A stretch of 22,098 nucleotides of DNA. Source: a bacterium. Its GTDB lineage: Bacteria; Bacteroidota; Ignavibacteria; UBA10030. Made by a program: the position numbers and the translations under genes. Shown here in pieces: positions 8,822 to 17,720 of the stretch. Positions within the stretch are counted from its first letter, which is position 1; every line of letters begins with the position of its first letter. The DNA lies in contig JAZDJN010000100.1 in assembly GCA_043803945.1 (NCBI GenBank), forward strand, positions 1-22,098, in the 5' to 3' direction. The notes under the pieces were generated by a model that did no database searches, was not told where the DNA came from, and was given only the letters and a program-made list of their open reading frames with translations.

Positions 8822-9631
8822 TTAGTGAATGCCAAACAGTGTTTTGGTATTGGTTGTTGTAATCTCCGCGATTTTTTCGATCGGGAGATGAAGTACATCA
8901 GCAAGTTTTTGGGCGATAAATCGAATATATCCTGGTTCATTCTTTTTGCCGCGATGCGGAACCGGAGTCATATACGGCGAGTCAGTTTCGAGCAAGAGTT
9001 GTTCAATGCCTATTGCCCTGATGGTCTCGACCACCTTTGCATTTTTAAATGTCACGATGCCGGGGTAGGAAACGTAGAATCCCAGGTCAAAAACTCTCCT
9101 GCATTCTTCCACAGTTCCTGGAAAACAATGAAACACACCTCGTTTTTTTCGATTGGACGATTCTTGCAGGGAAGAAGTTCCCCACCCCGGGTGTAAGTGC
9201 GCAACTTCGCTAACCAGGTCGATGGTTTCCTGAACTGACTCACGTGTATGAATCACTACCGGTAGATTTCTGACTGCTCCAATCTCCAACTGCTTTCTAA
9301 AGACGCTGCGTTGAATATCGCGGGGCGAAAAATCATAGTGGTAATCGAGGCCGATCTCTCCAATCGCAACGACCTTCTTTTCATGGCTCAGTGCCTCAAT
9401 TTCCTTCAGAACCATTTCATCGGACTTGGAAGCTTCGTGGGGGTGAACACCCACACAAGCATAGACATCATCATAGACCGTTGAAAGTTGCACAGCTTCC
9501 CTGCTCGATTGAAGATTGGTGCCTGGAATAATAATGGCTTCAACTCCGGCTTCGCGCGACCGAACAAAAACCTGTTCCAGTTCTGTGCCATATTCTTCGC
9601 GAACAATATGAGCGTGTGAATCGATAAACAT
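8822..9631 (-). CDS. tatD: TatD family metal-dependent hydrolase/nuclease
   Basis: Canonical start MFIDSHAH at 9631. Motifs GVHPH, GEIGLDY, VIHTR, HCF and ETDSPY...PHRGKKNEP. The 34-aa N-extension in the ORF track is non-homologous. Confidence 0.93.
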   Translation of the reverse strand: MFIDSHAHIVREEYGTELEQVFVRSREAGVEAIIIPGTNLQSSREAVQLSTVYDDVYACVGVHPHEASKSDEMVLKEIEALSHEKKVVAIGEIGLDYHYDFSPRDIQRSVFRKQLEIGAVRNLPVVIHTRESVQETIDLVSEVAHLHPGWGTSSLQESSNRKKRGVFHCFPGTVEECRRVFDLGFYVSYPGIVTFKNAKVVETIRAIGIEQLLLETDSPYMTPVPHRGKKNEPGYIRFIAQKLADVLHLPIEKIAEITTTNTKTLFGIH

Positions 9632-9729
9632 CAGTTTGTTGGAGAATCGTGGATTCGGTGCTTCACCAGTGAATAAAGTCTCTGGCTCATCGGTGTTCGA
9701 GTGTAAAATAGTGTACTCATGCTTTTCAT
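9631..9729 (-). CDS. Possible 32-aa small ORF (MKSMSTLFYTRTPMSQRLYSLVKHRIHDSPTN)
   Basis: Hand-translated. Preceded by TAAGGAG, which contains the TonB receptor stop. Its TGA overlaps the tatD ATG (TGATG). No recognisable homology. Confidence 0.3.
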   Translation of the reverse strand: MKSMSTLFYTRTPMSQRLYSLVKHRIHDSPTN

Positions 9730-9737
9730 GCAACTCC

Positions 9738-11975
9738 TTAGAACATTCCTTCGAGAATGAGGTAGTATGTTCTTACCGGTGAAAGGTTACCAAGAAATTC
9801 TACATAGTGGTAGTTCAGCAGATTGGTAACATTCAATCCCAATCTCAGAGGAAGACCAAGTCTTACAAGATCATAGGATAGTCGTGCATCGACAACCTTA
9901 ATAGGAACACGTTTTTCTCCATCCGTGATTTGCGCAAAGTATACAAGTTTCTCATCAATCCGTTCCACACGAGAGATGTATCGGGCATCCACACCTGCAT
10001 TCCAATGATCCAGAGTGATGGAAAGAGTACAGTTGAGAAGATGGCGCGGCCTGAACTTCAATACTGTATCCTGATTCACATCAAGAGGCGAGATATATGT
10101 ATAGCCAAATTCTGTTGAGATATACTTCTTCAACCAATCGATCCTGAACGATATTTCGGCACCACTGATTCGGGCTTTTGTGACATTCTCGAATTGAATC
10201 ACCGGACCTGGACCTGCATCTTCAGTAATACTGGCCGGTGTGCGCTTGTAACTCTTGATTATCACACTTGGTTCAATCAGGTTCTGAAATTCGTTATTAA
10301 AGAGAGAGAAGTCGAACGAGAGATACTGGCCAAAGGCTCTCTTTATTCCTACTTCGAACGAGATACTTTTTTCTACTTTGAGTTCGGTATTGGGAAGCAC
10401 GACGACCTGGGAAACATTCGTCGAACTCTCGATGAATATCTCTCCAATACCCGGATATCGGAAGCCAGAACCCACCGATGCACGGATACTGGTCTCATCA
10501 TCGGGAGAGTAGACAACACCTATCTTCGGATTCAATTGCAGCGTAGCGGGAAGAATTGAGACGCGCTGCCAATCCAATCTCCCGCCAAGCGTGACCTTTA
10601 GCTGATCGATAATGCTAAATTCATCCTGAGCATAGACTGCTGCTCCTGCACCGGGCTGCCTGCCAAAGAGATTTGCATCGACCCAATCATACTGACAGGA
10701 AATTCCAAAGGTAAAAATATTGCTGGGAGAAAATTCGTATGTTGCCTGTGCCTCTCCATGAAAGAGATGCGCTGTAGAGACATTGTTCAATCTGCCGAGA
10801 CTATCATCCCTCCAGAAATTTCCAAAGTACATACCCTTCACCGAATAGATCAGTTTCTCAGAGAAGATTTCCTTGTAGGCAATTCCCACACTTCCCCGCT
10901 TTGTAGTGACCAGGCCGTTGAGTTGTCCATCATCCGGACGTAACGGTTCACTCAGGCTCTTCCACCAGAAGTAATTCCCATGCTGACGGTCGAGAAAATT
11001 ACAGAGCAATGAAATACTTTGTGTCGGGGTAAAATCATATCGTGCCTTGGCGAACAGACCCCATCGATGATAGGTATCATTCTGCCGATAACTTTCATCG
11101 ACACTGCGCGAGATACTCAGAAGGTAGCTGAGTGCTCCTGATTTATTTGCATAGCTTACGATACCGCCAGAATTGAACCTCCGTTTCGATGTCCACTCCC
11201 ACTCTGGATATCGTGTCTTATCATACATCCCTGAGTAGAATCGAAATCTGGTTTCGTGCCCGGATTGAAGCTCTCTGGTAATAACATTGATCACACCGCC
11301 AAGAGCACTCGAACCATAGAGAGCTGAGCCGGCTCCCTTGACCACTTCTACCCGATCGATCATGTGGGTTGGTATCGTCTCCCAATTAATCTCACCGGTA
11401 TCGCCGGTGAGATACGGGAGGCCATCAAGAAGAAGTAATACTCTGCTCCCAACCCCCCTGCTATATCCTGATGAACCGCGGATATTGACCTGATCCAGCG
11501 TCATATTCACACCGGGGATATAGCGCAACACCTCATCAAAAGTAACGCTGGTACGTTGTGCAATCTCTCGGGCAGAGACGGTCGAGATACTCACCGGTAC
11601 ATCCTGGTAACTTTGTTCACGGCGGCTCCCGGTGATGACCATCATGTTTGCCAGAATTTCTGCCTGAAGAAGCGAGACATCAAGCTGTGTCTTTTCACCG
11701 CTGCGGACAAGAATACGCAGCGACGACTTCTTCTCATACCCGACCATTGAAGCAACCACCGTATAGGAACCAGGAGGGATATTATCAATTCGATACTCTC
11801 CCTTTCCATCGCTTACGGCACCGAGGAAGGTTCCCTGCAGCATAATCGTTGCACCGGTGAGTGGTTCAGCCGTTTGGCTATCGTTGATAGTCCCTCCAAT
11901 GGATCCGTACCTGGCCTGACTCATCGCCGGACAAGTGAGAACAAACAATAGTATGATGGTTTTGAGGAGTTTCAA
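9738..11975 (-). CDS. TonB-dependent receptor with N-terminal CarboxypepD_reg-like domain
   Basis: 745 aa, TTG start overlapping the upstream stop. Signal peptide; IGGTINDSQTAEPLTGATI N-domain; TonB-box region MVITGSR; plug motifs NIRG, LLLDG and IDRVEVVKGAGSALYGSSALGGVINVIT; barrel end NVTNLLN...ILEGMF. Confidence 0.95.
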   Translation of the reverse strand: MKLLKTIILLFVLTCPAMSQARYGSIGGTINDSQTAEPLTGATIMLQGTFLGAVSDGKGEYRIDNIPPGSYTVVASMVGYEKKSSLRILVRSGEKTQLDVSLLQAEILANMMVITGSRREQSYQDVPVSISTVSAREIAQRTSVTFDEVLRYIPGVNMTLDQVNIRGSSGYSRGVGSRVLLLLDGLPYLTGDTGEINWETIPTHMIDRVEVVKGAGSALYGSSALGGVINVITRELQSGHETRFRFYSGMYDKTRYPEWEWTSKRRFNSGGIVSYANKSGALSYLLSISRSVDESYRQNDTYHRWGLFAKARYDFTPTQSISLLCNFLDRQHGNYFWWKSLSEPLRPDDGQLNGLVTTKRGSVGIAYKEIFSEKLIYSVKGMYFGNFWRDDSLGRLNNVSTAHLFHGEAQATYEFSPSNIFTFGISCQYDWVDANLFGRQPGAGAAVYAQDEFSIIDQLKVTLGGRLDWQRVSILPATLQLNPKIGVVYSPDDETSIRASVGSGFRYPGIGEIFIESSTNVSQVVVLPNTELKVEKSISFEVGIKRAFGQYLSFDFSLFNNEFQNLIEPSVIIKSYKRTPASITEDAGPGPVIQFENVTKARISGAEISFRIDWLKKYISTEFGYTYISPLDVNQDTVLKFRPRHLLNCTLSITLDHWNAGVDARYISRVERIDEKLVYFAQITDGEKRVPIKVVDARLSYDLVRLGLPLRLGLNVTNLLNYHYVEFLGNLSPVRTYYLILEGMF

Positions 11976-12499
11976 AATGGTTGTGGAGGAATCTTGTAGA
12001 AGTTGATATGGAAATTAATATTTCTCACTAGTTGGGAATTCCCTATGGACACTGAGACCGGTTGTGATGGATCCGCCGTTGAGGCATATACTCCAACGAC
12101 GCGTAAACTACGAACTGCAAGTTCGGGTTTCATTTGCTGAATAATGCCGATATATCGATAGAGGCCCGGGGGCAGCTTGAATCGGTACGATATCGAATCG
12201 ACATAGAGTGGTAAGCTCGTACTAAGGTCAGGATACAATAGTATCTTGGGGGGATCGGAAAACAGTCCGGTTAAGATGAGCACAGAGTCCAAAGGATAGA
12301 GTTGCGATGCAAAGATCCACATTCCAATCAGGCTGTCTGCGGGTGGCCAGGTATTTTTTTCAAATGTGATCAGGCCGCTGATTCCCGGTTCCTGGGTGAT
12401 CGAGTCCTCTGTGGGCGGCTCCAATCCTCCATCACAGGCGGCAAAGCCCAGGCTCAAAGCGAGAAAGAGAATGATAGGCAAAGATTTTTTTTTCAGCAC
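11972..12499 (-). CDS. Hypothetical lipoprotein
   Basis: 175 aa, GTG start 1 bp after the upstream stop. Basic n-region, hydrophobic core, lipobox FAA-C, then acidic DGGLEPPTEDS. Beta-rich body. Confidence 0.8.
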   Translation of the reverse strand: MLKKKSLPIILFLALSLGFAACDGGLEPPTEDSITQEPGISGLITFEKNTWPPADSLIGMWIFASQLYPLDSVLILTGLFSDPPKILLYPDLSTSLPLYVDSISYRFKLPPGLYRYIGIIQQMKPELAVRSLRVVGVYASTADPSQPVSVSIGNSQLVRNINFHINFYKIPPQPF

Positions 12500-12500
12500 A

Positions 12501-15032
12501 CTAGTACTTTCCTAATTCCAATTCTTTAATACGCATTTCAACTGCATGGTCGTCTGGATTCAGCGTTCTCATCCGGTGTAAGACGTTGAGCAGTGGAGCG
12601 TATTGTTTCCGTACTTCGTATAACCCCGCAAGTGAGCGTAAGGGTTCCAGCGCAGCTTGCAAGTGAAACTGCGATCTCTTCAACTCATCAATGGCCATAT
12701 CCAACATACCCAGTTTCTGATATTGATCGGCAAGAGTCTGATAATGTCGCTGAGAACTTTCGGTGCTGTTTTCAGTTTGAAGAACACTGAACGAATGAAA
12801 GAGAGTATCCAACGTCTGGTTGACCGTTGACCCCGGATCAGTCTTCTTGAGCAAATCAGCATATCGCTTTGCAGCAAGAGTATCTCCCAACTGGAGAGAC
12901 AACAGTACCTTGAAAGTGTAAAGCAGTGTTTGTGCCTGATTCGCACTGATGGCTTTAGTCAGAAAAGAATCCGCCTGAGTCAGGTATCCCATTCGCCAGT
13001 ATTGAATCCCGATATTGGCACTAAGAGCATTTTTTTTCTCGAGAGGTATTCCGGGCTCCTCTGCTTCTCTTAACCACTGTATAGTTTGCAAATGACGAGC
13101 GGCCATTTCCAGGTAAGGTCCTGCCTGGGGAATCAATTTGATTTCTTCAAAAAGTATTACTGCGTTATCATACTCTCCTGCAAATTCCAAGGCAACACCT
13201 TTTTGGAATGCAATAAGAGCAGATTTCCCATTTCCTCCCTCTATTTCCTCAAGAATCTTCCCGGCGAGATAAGATTGATTCTTCTCCAACCAGCGGAGAC
13301 TTTCCCAAAAGAGTCGCCTTGAATGAATTTCTGATTCGAGAGTTTGTGTACCGGAAGGAATTTTATTTAAAAGGTCAAAGGTAGTATCCAACACAGTATC
13401 CGCTCTCTTCTCCAGCATCGAAACCCGGATGATTTCCAGATCTGCCATACGATGGAGCGAAGTGAAGCGATACCGATGCGATTGTGCCATTTGCGTTTCA
13501 AACTCGCGTAAGCCGTTTCGGTTCACGGCGACCACGAAGTACTCTATCTCAAAATCGCGAATAGACCTTTCAAGTTCTTCTGTCGGCAGCATTGGTGAAA
13601 GATCAATCACCTTTCTCCCTTTTGAAAATAGAGCCACTTCTTTATAAATCGAACAGAGGGTAACATCTTCAGGTGTATTCTCAGACAGCCAACGACCTGC
13701 AAGCGAAACCGGTTTCGCAAAGCACACAGGCGAGTCCTTCTTATCACGATTCTCCTCATAGAATTCCAATGGAGATCGAGTGTAGCCAATCTGATTACGA
13801 ATGAAGGCATAACTCCAAACCATATTCGGTAGCAGCAGCACGATGAGGAGAGTCATTGCTAGAACGAATCCTGTCGGTGATTTTTGTTGATTCTTCCTCC
13901 AACCATCGATCGCTTCGTGAGCACCTAATGCCCCAAAATAGATAAGGAGAATGAGGAACGGGTAGAGAAATCTTGTATCAATGATGGGATAGAGTAAAAT
14001 GATTGTTGTGTAAAAAAGAAGAAAGAGTACCAAAAGATTGTGCAGAATGAAACGAGTATACGTCTTGACAATCCCATATCCCGCCAAGCCAAAAGATATC
14101 ACTATGAGAAGCGGATTGACATACCGTACTATAGCGGCTGCAAGAGAAAGGGGTGATTCACTCATCCTCACCACCGATCTGCTTGTTTCACCATACTCCG
14201 GACTGAACACTAATCGTGCGATGCTGCTCAGGTAGACCCAGCCATTATTCTCAATCCGTGCAATAAATTCCGAAACTATCGAGTCCTGATTTGATGAAAA
14301 AAAATGGCTCAGGAAGAGCACAGAATTTCTCAGAGGCGGATTTTCCAGTTGGGCTATTATCATCTCATTTCGTACATACCACAAGCCGTACAGGATCAGT
14401 GGAACAATCGCTATCAGCATGGCTCGTTTGTATTCTTTACGCAGCAAATAGAAAAGAATTACCGCGGCGAAGAGCGTTATGCCGATCTCTCGCAGGAGTA
14501 CTGCAGAGGCAAGGAGCAATATCATCGCCACCGCTAATAACCGTTGATATTCTTTCCAGGCAGTGATGCGTTCGACCGTCAGAAAAAGCAGAACACAAAC
14601 CAGAGCAAAGGAAATATCAGAAAGTGGCTGCGAGGCATAAAGAATGGTGAGTGGATTCAGCACTAGAACTGCCATTGCAGCATTCGCAACAGTCTTTGTG
14701 CTTTTCTCTTCAACTAATCTCCAGAATGCAATCATAAGAACTGCCGTCAGCAGAATGTTCAGGAATTTTGCAGCTTCGATATTCAAGGGGAAAAAGAAAG
14801 CAACTGGGCTCAGGAGCATGCTGTACAACGGTGCATGGATCACATAACTCACTGGATATGGCAATGTTGAATCTACAAATCCTTGTCCCGATGAGAGAGA
14901 CTCAGCCCAGATCAGATACCGAGCGCTGTCAGGGCGATAGAGCATCATATCGTTCAATCCAAAGAGACTAAACGAAAGGAATATCAGCACAATTATGGCT
15001 GGAATTGGTTCAATTTTTCGAATATTTATCAT
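12501..15032 (-). CDS. GT-C fold membrane glycosyltransferase (ArnT/PMT-like, family 39-like) with C-terminal TPR region
   Basis: 843 aa with many hydrophobic TM segments in the first ~410 aa. PDSARY acidic motif after TM1, PLYSMLL, LSD, LLREIG and RFLYP motifs. C-terminal TPR-like helices (FQKGVALEFAGEYDNA, LADQYQKLGMLDMA, LNPDD). Confidence 0.8.
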   Translation of the reverse strand: MINIRKIEPIPAIIVLIFLSFSLFGLNDMMLYRPDSARYLIWAESLSSGQGFVDSTLPYPVSYVIHAPLYSMLLSPVAFFFPLNIEAAKFLNILLTAVLMIAFWRLVEEKSTKTVANAAMAVLVLNPLTILYASQPLSDISFALVCVLLFLTVERITAWKEYQRLLAVAMILLLASAVLLREIGITLFAAVILFYLLRKEYKRAMLIAIVPLILYGLWYVRNEMIIAQLENPPLRNSVLFLSHFFSSNQDSIVSEFIARIENNGWVYLSSIARLVFSPEYGETSRSVVRMSESPLSLAAAIVRYVNPLLIVISFGLAGYGIVKTYTRFILHNLLVLFLLFYTTIILLYPIIDTRFLYPFLILLIYFGALGAHEAIDGWRKNQQKSPTGFVLAMTLLIVLLLPNMVWSYAFIRNQIGYTRSPLEFYEENRDKKDSPVCFAKPVSLAGRWLSENTPEDVTLCSIYKEVALFSKGRKVIDLSPMLPTEELERSIRDFEIEYFVVAVNRNGLREFETQMAQSHRYRFTSLHRMADLEIIRVSMLEKRADTVLDTTFDLLNKIPSGTQTLESEIHSRRLFWESLRWLEKNQSYLAGKILEEIEGGNGKSALIAFQKGVALEFAGEYDNAVILFEEIKLIPQAGPYLEMAARHLQTIQWLREAEEPGIPLEKKNALSANIGIQYWRMGYLTQADSFLTKAISANQAQTLLYTFKVLLSLQLGDTLAAKRYADLLKKTDPGSTVNQTLDTLFHSFSVLQTENSTESSQRHYQTLADQYQKLGMLDMAIDELKRSQFHLQAALEPLRSLAGLYEVRKQYAPLLNVLHRMRTLNPDDHAVEMRIKELELGKY

Positions 15033-15148
15033 TAACCGCGTCGTTAAGCTTCACGCTGAAGTATTGGAATGCGACTTCTTTATTGATGTTAAATTTAGAC
15101 CATCTGAATGTTTCATGCAAGGTATTTTTCTTTGCAGCCTTCAGCATC

Positions 15149-15177
15149 TTGACTGGCTTCTCCTTTTTGCGTATTTT
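15149..15177 (+). promoter_or_regulatory. Putative promoter for the Zn-ribbon gene/rpsU unit
   Basis: TTGACT(15149-15154)-N17-TATTTT(15172-15177) in the divergent intergenic region. Confidence 0.5.
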
Positions 15178-15269
15178 TAACGTGGTTGTAAAGGTATTGT
15201 CACTACAGTATGCAATGGAAGTGTGAGGTGTAATCCCTCCTCCTATTGTTTCAGCGCGAAGGAACGTTT

Positions 15270-15728
15270 ATGGCGAAGAATAAATTCATGACCATCGACT
15301 GCCCGTATTGTCATAAGGCAACGAAGATGGAGCTTGTGGGCGATATGCAGGCGGAAAACGGAGGAGAAGCATTAAAAGTATGGTACCGTTGCACCCGGTG
15401 CAAGCATAGCGCTTTGATTGACAAACAGGTGATTCAGAAAGCGAAAGGCGGTTCGCTGGAAAAAATCAGCCGCGAGCAATGCACAACCTATACAAAAGAA
15501 CAAGTATTCAATATCGGCCAATCGATCTACCACACAGATTGGGATGATATGGGAACTGTGTTGAACAAGCAGAAGACCTCCGATGGAACTCATTCCATTA
15601 CAGTCTCTTTTGAGAAAATAGGTGAGCGGCGCCTCCTCGAAAATGCTCCCAATGTGGAGCCGGAGGAACCCGGAGAATCAATTCCCCAAGTAAGTGAACA
15701 TCATATTGTACAAGAACCCTCAGCATAA
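15270..15728 (+). CDS. Hypothetical protein: N-terminal Zn ribbon (CPYC...CTRC) and C-terminal Tudor/SH3-like domain resembling the PcrA/UvrD CTD
   Basis: ATG 15270 preceded by AAGGA. Two CxxC pairs; [18 protein letters not shown]...[15 protein letters not shown]; acidic, low-complexity tail. Confidence 0.8.
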   Translation: MAKNKFMTIDCPYCHKATKMELVGDMQAENGGEALKVWYRCTRCKHSALIDKQVIQKAKGGSLEKISREQCTTYTKEQVFNIGQSIYHTDWDDMGTVLNKQKTSDGTHSITVSFEKIGERRLLENAPNVEPEEPGESIPQVSEHHIVQEPSA

Positions 15729-15741
15729 AGCGAGATACGTT

Positions 15742-15751
15742 AGGAGGTGAT
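15742..15751 (+). promoter_or_regulatory. Extended Shine-Dalgarno sequence of rpsU
   Basis: AGGAGGTGAT, 10 contiguous nt complementary to the canonical 16S 3' tail (AUCACCUCCU). GGAGG lies 7 nt before the TTG start. Confidence 0.8.
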
Positions 15752-15754
15752 TTT

Positions 15755-15952
15755 TTGGTCGGCATTATTATCGGTGACAACGAACCGATTGATAGAGCGA
15801 TACGGCGATTCAAGAAGAAATATGAACGGTCGGGAATTTTAAAAGAATTCAAGAAGCGTGCATTCTTCACAAAGCCATCTGTGAAAAAACGGATGAAAAA
15901 GGTAAAAGCTATTCGCCGCGCACAACGAGCCATGCTCGAAGAAGCCATGTAA
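15755..15952 (+). CDS. rpsU: 30S ribosomal protein bS21
   Basis: 65 aa basic protein with [14 protein letters not shown]...[20 protein letters not shown]; TTG start. Confidence 0.97.
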   Translation: MVGIIIGDNEPIDRAIRRFKKKYERSGILKEFKKRAFFTKPSVKKRMKKVKAIRRAQRAMLEEAM

Positions 15953-15983
15953 ATCACCATGTTGATTTTCAGCGCTTAACAAC

Positions 15984-16018
15984 AAAGCCCCTTGAGGTAC
16001 TTTCAAGGGGCTTTTTTT
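15984..16018 (+). terminator. Rho-independent terminator after rpsU (possibly bidirectional)
   Basis: AAAGCCCCTTGA-ggtactt-TCAAGGGGCTTT perfect 12-bp stem running into T7 (16012-16018). Lies between convergent rpsU and the aminopeptidase gene. Confidence 0.9.
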
Positions 16019-16037
16019 GTTTTACGACACTTCTCCC

Positions 16038-17477
16038 TTATTGAATCGGTTGGTTGCCAATTCCTTTCTTTTTCATCAGAGCCTCGATGGCATCAATCTC
16101 CTTTGGAGATTCCCATGAGAGGATTTTGTTTCCAGTCTCCGTGATAAGAACAGTATCTTCAATCCTTACGCCGATATTATAGTATTTCGGATCAACACCC
16201 GCAGATCCCGCGGGAACATAGAGCCCCGGCTCCATGGTATAAACCATCCCTGGTTGATACATCATCCCACCCATATCATGAACCTGTAATCCAACGCCAT
16301 GACTGTAGCCGTGCGGTGCAAACTTTCTGTACTCAGTACGGTCTTTGGTTTTCAAAATGCCGATCTTCACCAAGCCTTCCATTTGAATACTATCGACGAT
16401 CGCGCTAACTTTCGAAACAGGATTTCCGGATTTCATAGTTTCGATGGCCGCCTTATTCGCCTGAAGGACTATCTCATAAATCTGGCGCTGCGCCGGACTG
16501 AATTTTCCATTCGCTGGAAACGTGCGTGTGATATCGGAAGCATAGTCCATATACTCTGCACCGCAGTCAGCAACAATGATATCGCCATCGTTGATCGGCC
16601 GGCGGCAAGCGTCATAGTGCAGAACCAGAGAATTTTCACCCGCACCAACAATGGAGGAATACGCAGCCTGACGACTTCCTAATTTGCGAAAAACATATTC
16701 ATACACTGCCTGGAGATCGAACTCATGCATCCCCGGTTCACACGACATCATGGCCTGATTATGGGCAAGCGCGCTGATATGTGTCGATTTTTCGATCAGA
16801 CTAATTTCCTCAGGCGATTTAATTCCTCGCATCTTCTGGATAATCGATGTGGGGTCGCTCACCGTGTAGGTAGAATCTTTTTTCTGCAGCAGTTCGGTCA
16901 AGGTCCGGGTATCGAGCCCCATCCGCATCCCCATCCTTTGCGGTACCTCCTCTGAGGCCAGGCGTCCATAAATCTTTTTGGGATTCGCTGCAGCGAGAAG
17001 AGCAGGGAGCATTTTCGCAAAGTCGCTGTTCGGCAAAGCATAGGCCAGCCCCCGGAGTGCTACAGCGCCTTCAGGCCCATAATACTTTCCTGTCCATTGC
17101 TCACTTCGCGGATTTCTTGGCTGAACAAAGAGTATCTCTCGCACTGTGATCTCCTCATTCGGATTTGTTACACTCTTCACCTTAATTCCTTTCGGCACCA
17201 GCACGAGCAGAGCGTTCGGTTCAGGGAATCCGGAGAGATAGAGCAAATTCAAATCTTGCTTATAAAGTCCTTCTCCTTGGGGACGCGCACTTTGGAAAAA
17301 GGCGATTGCACCGTCACCAATTTGTTTCATAATATTCTCGCGCCGCTCCCGATAGACTGATCCTGCAAGCATATCCTTGTCATGTTCAACGAGGAGCTTG
17401 AGGTCCTGCGCAAGCATCAACCCACTCAACAATAAAACCATTAATCCCACCAGTGATAGCCGGTTCAGTGTTCCCAC
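16038..17477 (-). CDS. pepP: Xaa-Pro aminopeptidase (aminopeptidase P, M24B) with signal peptide
   Basis: AMP_N domain (YKQDLNLLYLSGFPEP). Catalytic domain with RGIKSPEEI, LHY, metal ligands ADCG/SDITRT, HGVGLQVHD, TMEPGLY and GVRIED. GTG 17477 preferred because GGAGG lies 5 nt upstream; in-frame ATG 17489 is the alternative. Confidence 0.88.
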   Translation of the reverse strand: MGTLNRLSLVGLMVLLLSGLMLAQDLKLLVEHDKDMLAGSVYRERRENIMKQIGDGAIAFFQSARPQGEGLYKQDLNLLYLSGFPEPNALLVLVPKGIKVKSVTNPNEEITVREILFVQPRNPRSEQWTGKYYGPEGAVALRGLAYALPNSDFAKMLPALLAAANPKKIYGRLASEEVPQRMGMRMGLDTRTLTELLQKKDSTYTVSDPTSIIQKMRGIKSPEEISLIEKSTHISALAHNQAMMSCEPGMHEFDLQAVYEYVFRKLGSRQAAYSSIVGAGENSLVLHYDACRRPINDGDIIVADCGAEYMDYASDITRTFPANGKFSPAQRQIYEIVLQANKAAIETMKSGNPVSKVSAIVDSIQMEGLVKIGILKTKDRTEYRKFAPHGYSHGVGLQVHDMGGMMYQPGMVYTMEPGLYVPAGSAGVDPKYYNIGVRIEDTVLITETGNKILSWESPKEIDAIEALMKKKGIGNQPIQ

Positions 17478-17720
17478 TGGATCCTCCATTTCTTGTTCAT
17501 GAGATGTGAAATAATTTATAGGATATCATGTCCATGCAGATTTGTTGCTGCTGATTATCAAACCATCCGTATCAATGTCAGAATCCAATATTGTTAAGGT
17601 ACTGGAGATCCGAGCCAAAGCCTCTCGAAGCTCGATTGCTGTATAAGACGAGGCAACAGAATTGAAGTTTCTTGATAGAGTATTCTTCACTATAGTCGTA
17701 ATTCTTTTCTGTCCAAGAGA

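Noticed and set aside
15010-15147. 45-codon minus-strand ORF (MLKAAKKNTL...) with AAGGAG upstream, overlapping the GT start
   Set aside because: Long SD spacing, no homology, and its SD region coincides with the opposite-strand promoter; likely chance.
15598-15960. 120-aa minus-strand ORF
   Set aside because: Antisense shadow of rpsU and the upstream gene.
17490-17720. Intergenic region with a ~54-codon GTG ORF and a TTGGAC-N16-TATAGT promoter-like motif (minus strand)
   Set aside because: The ORF has no SD or homology, the promoter match is weak, and no riboswitch-like structure was recognised.
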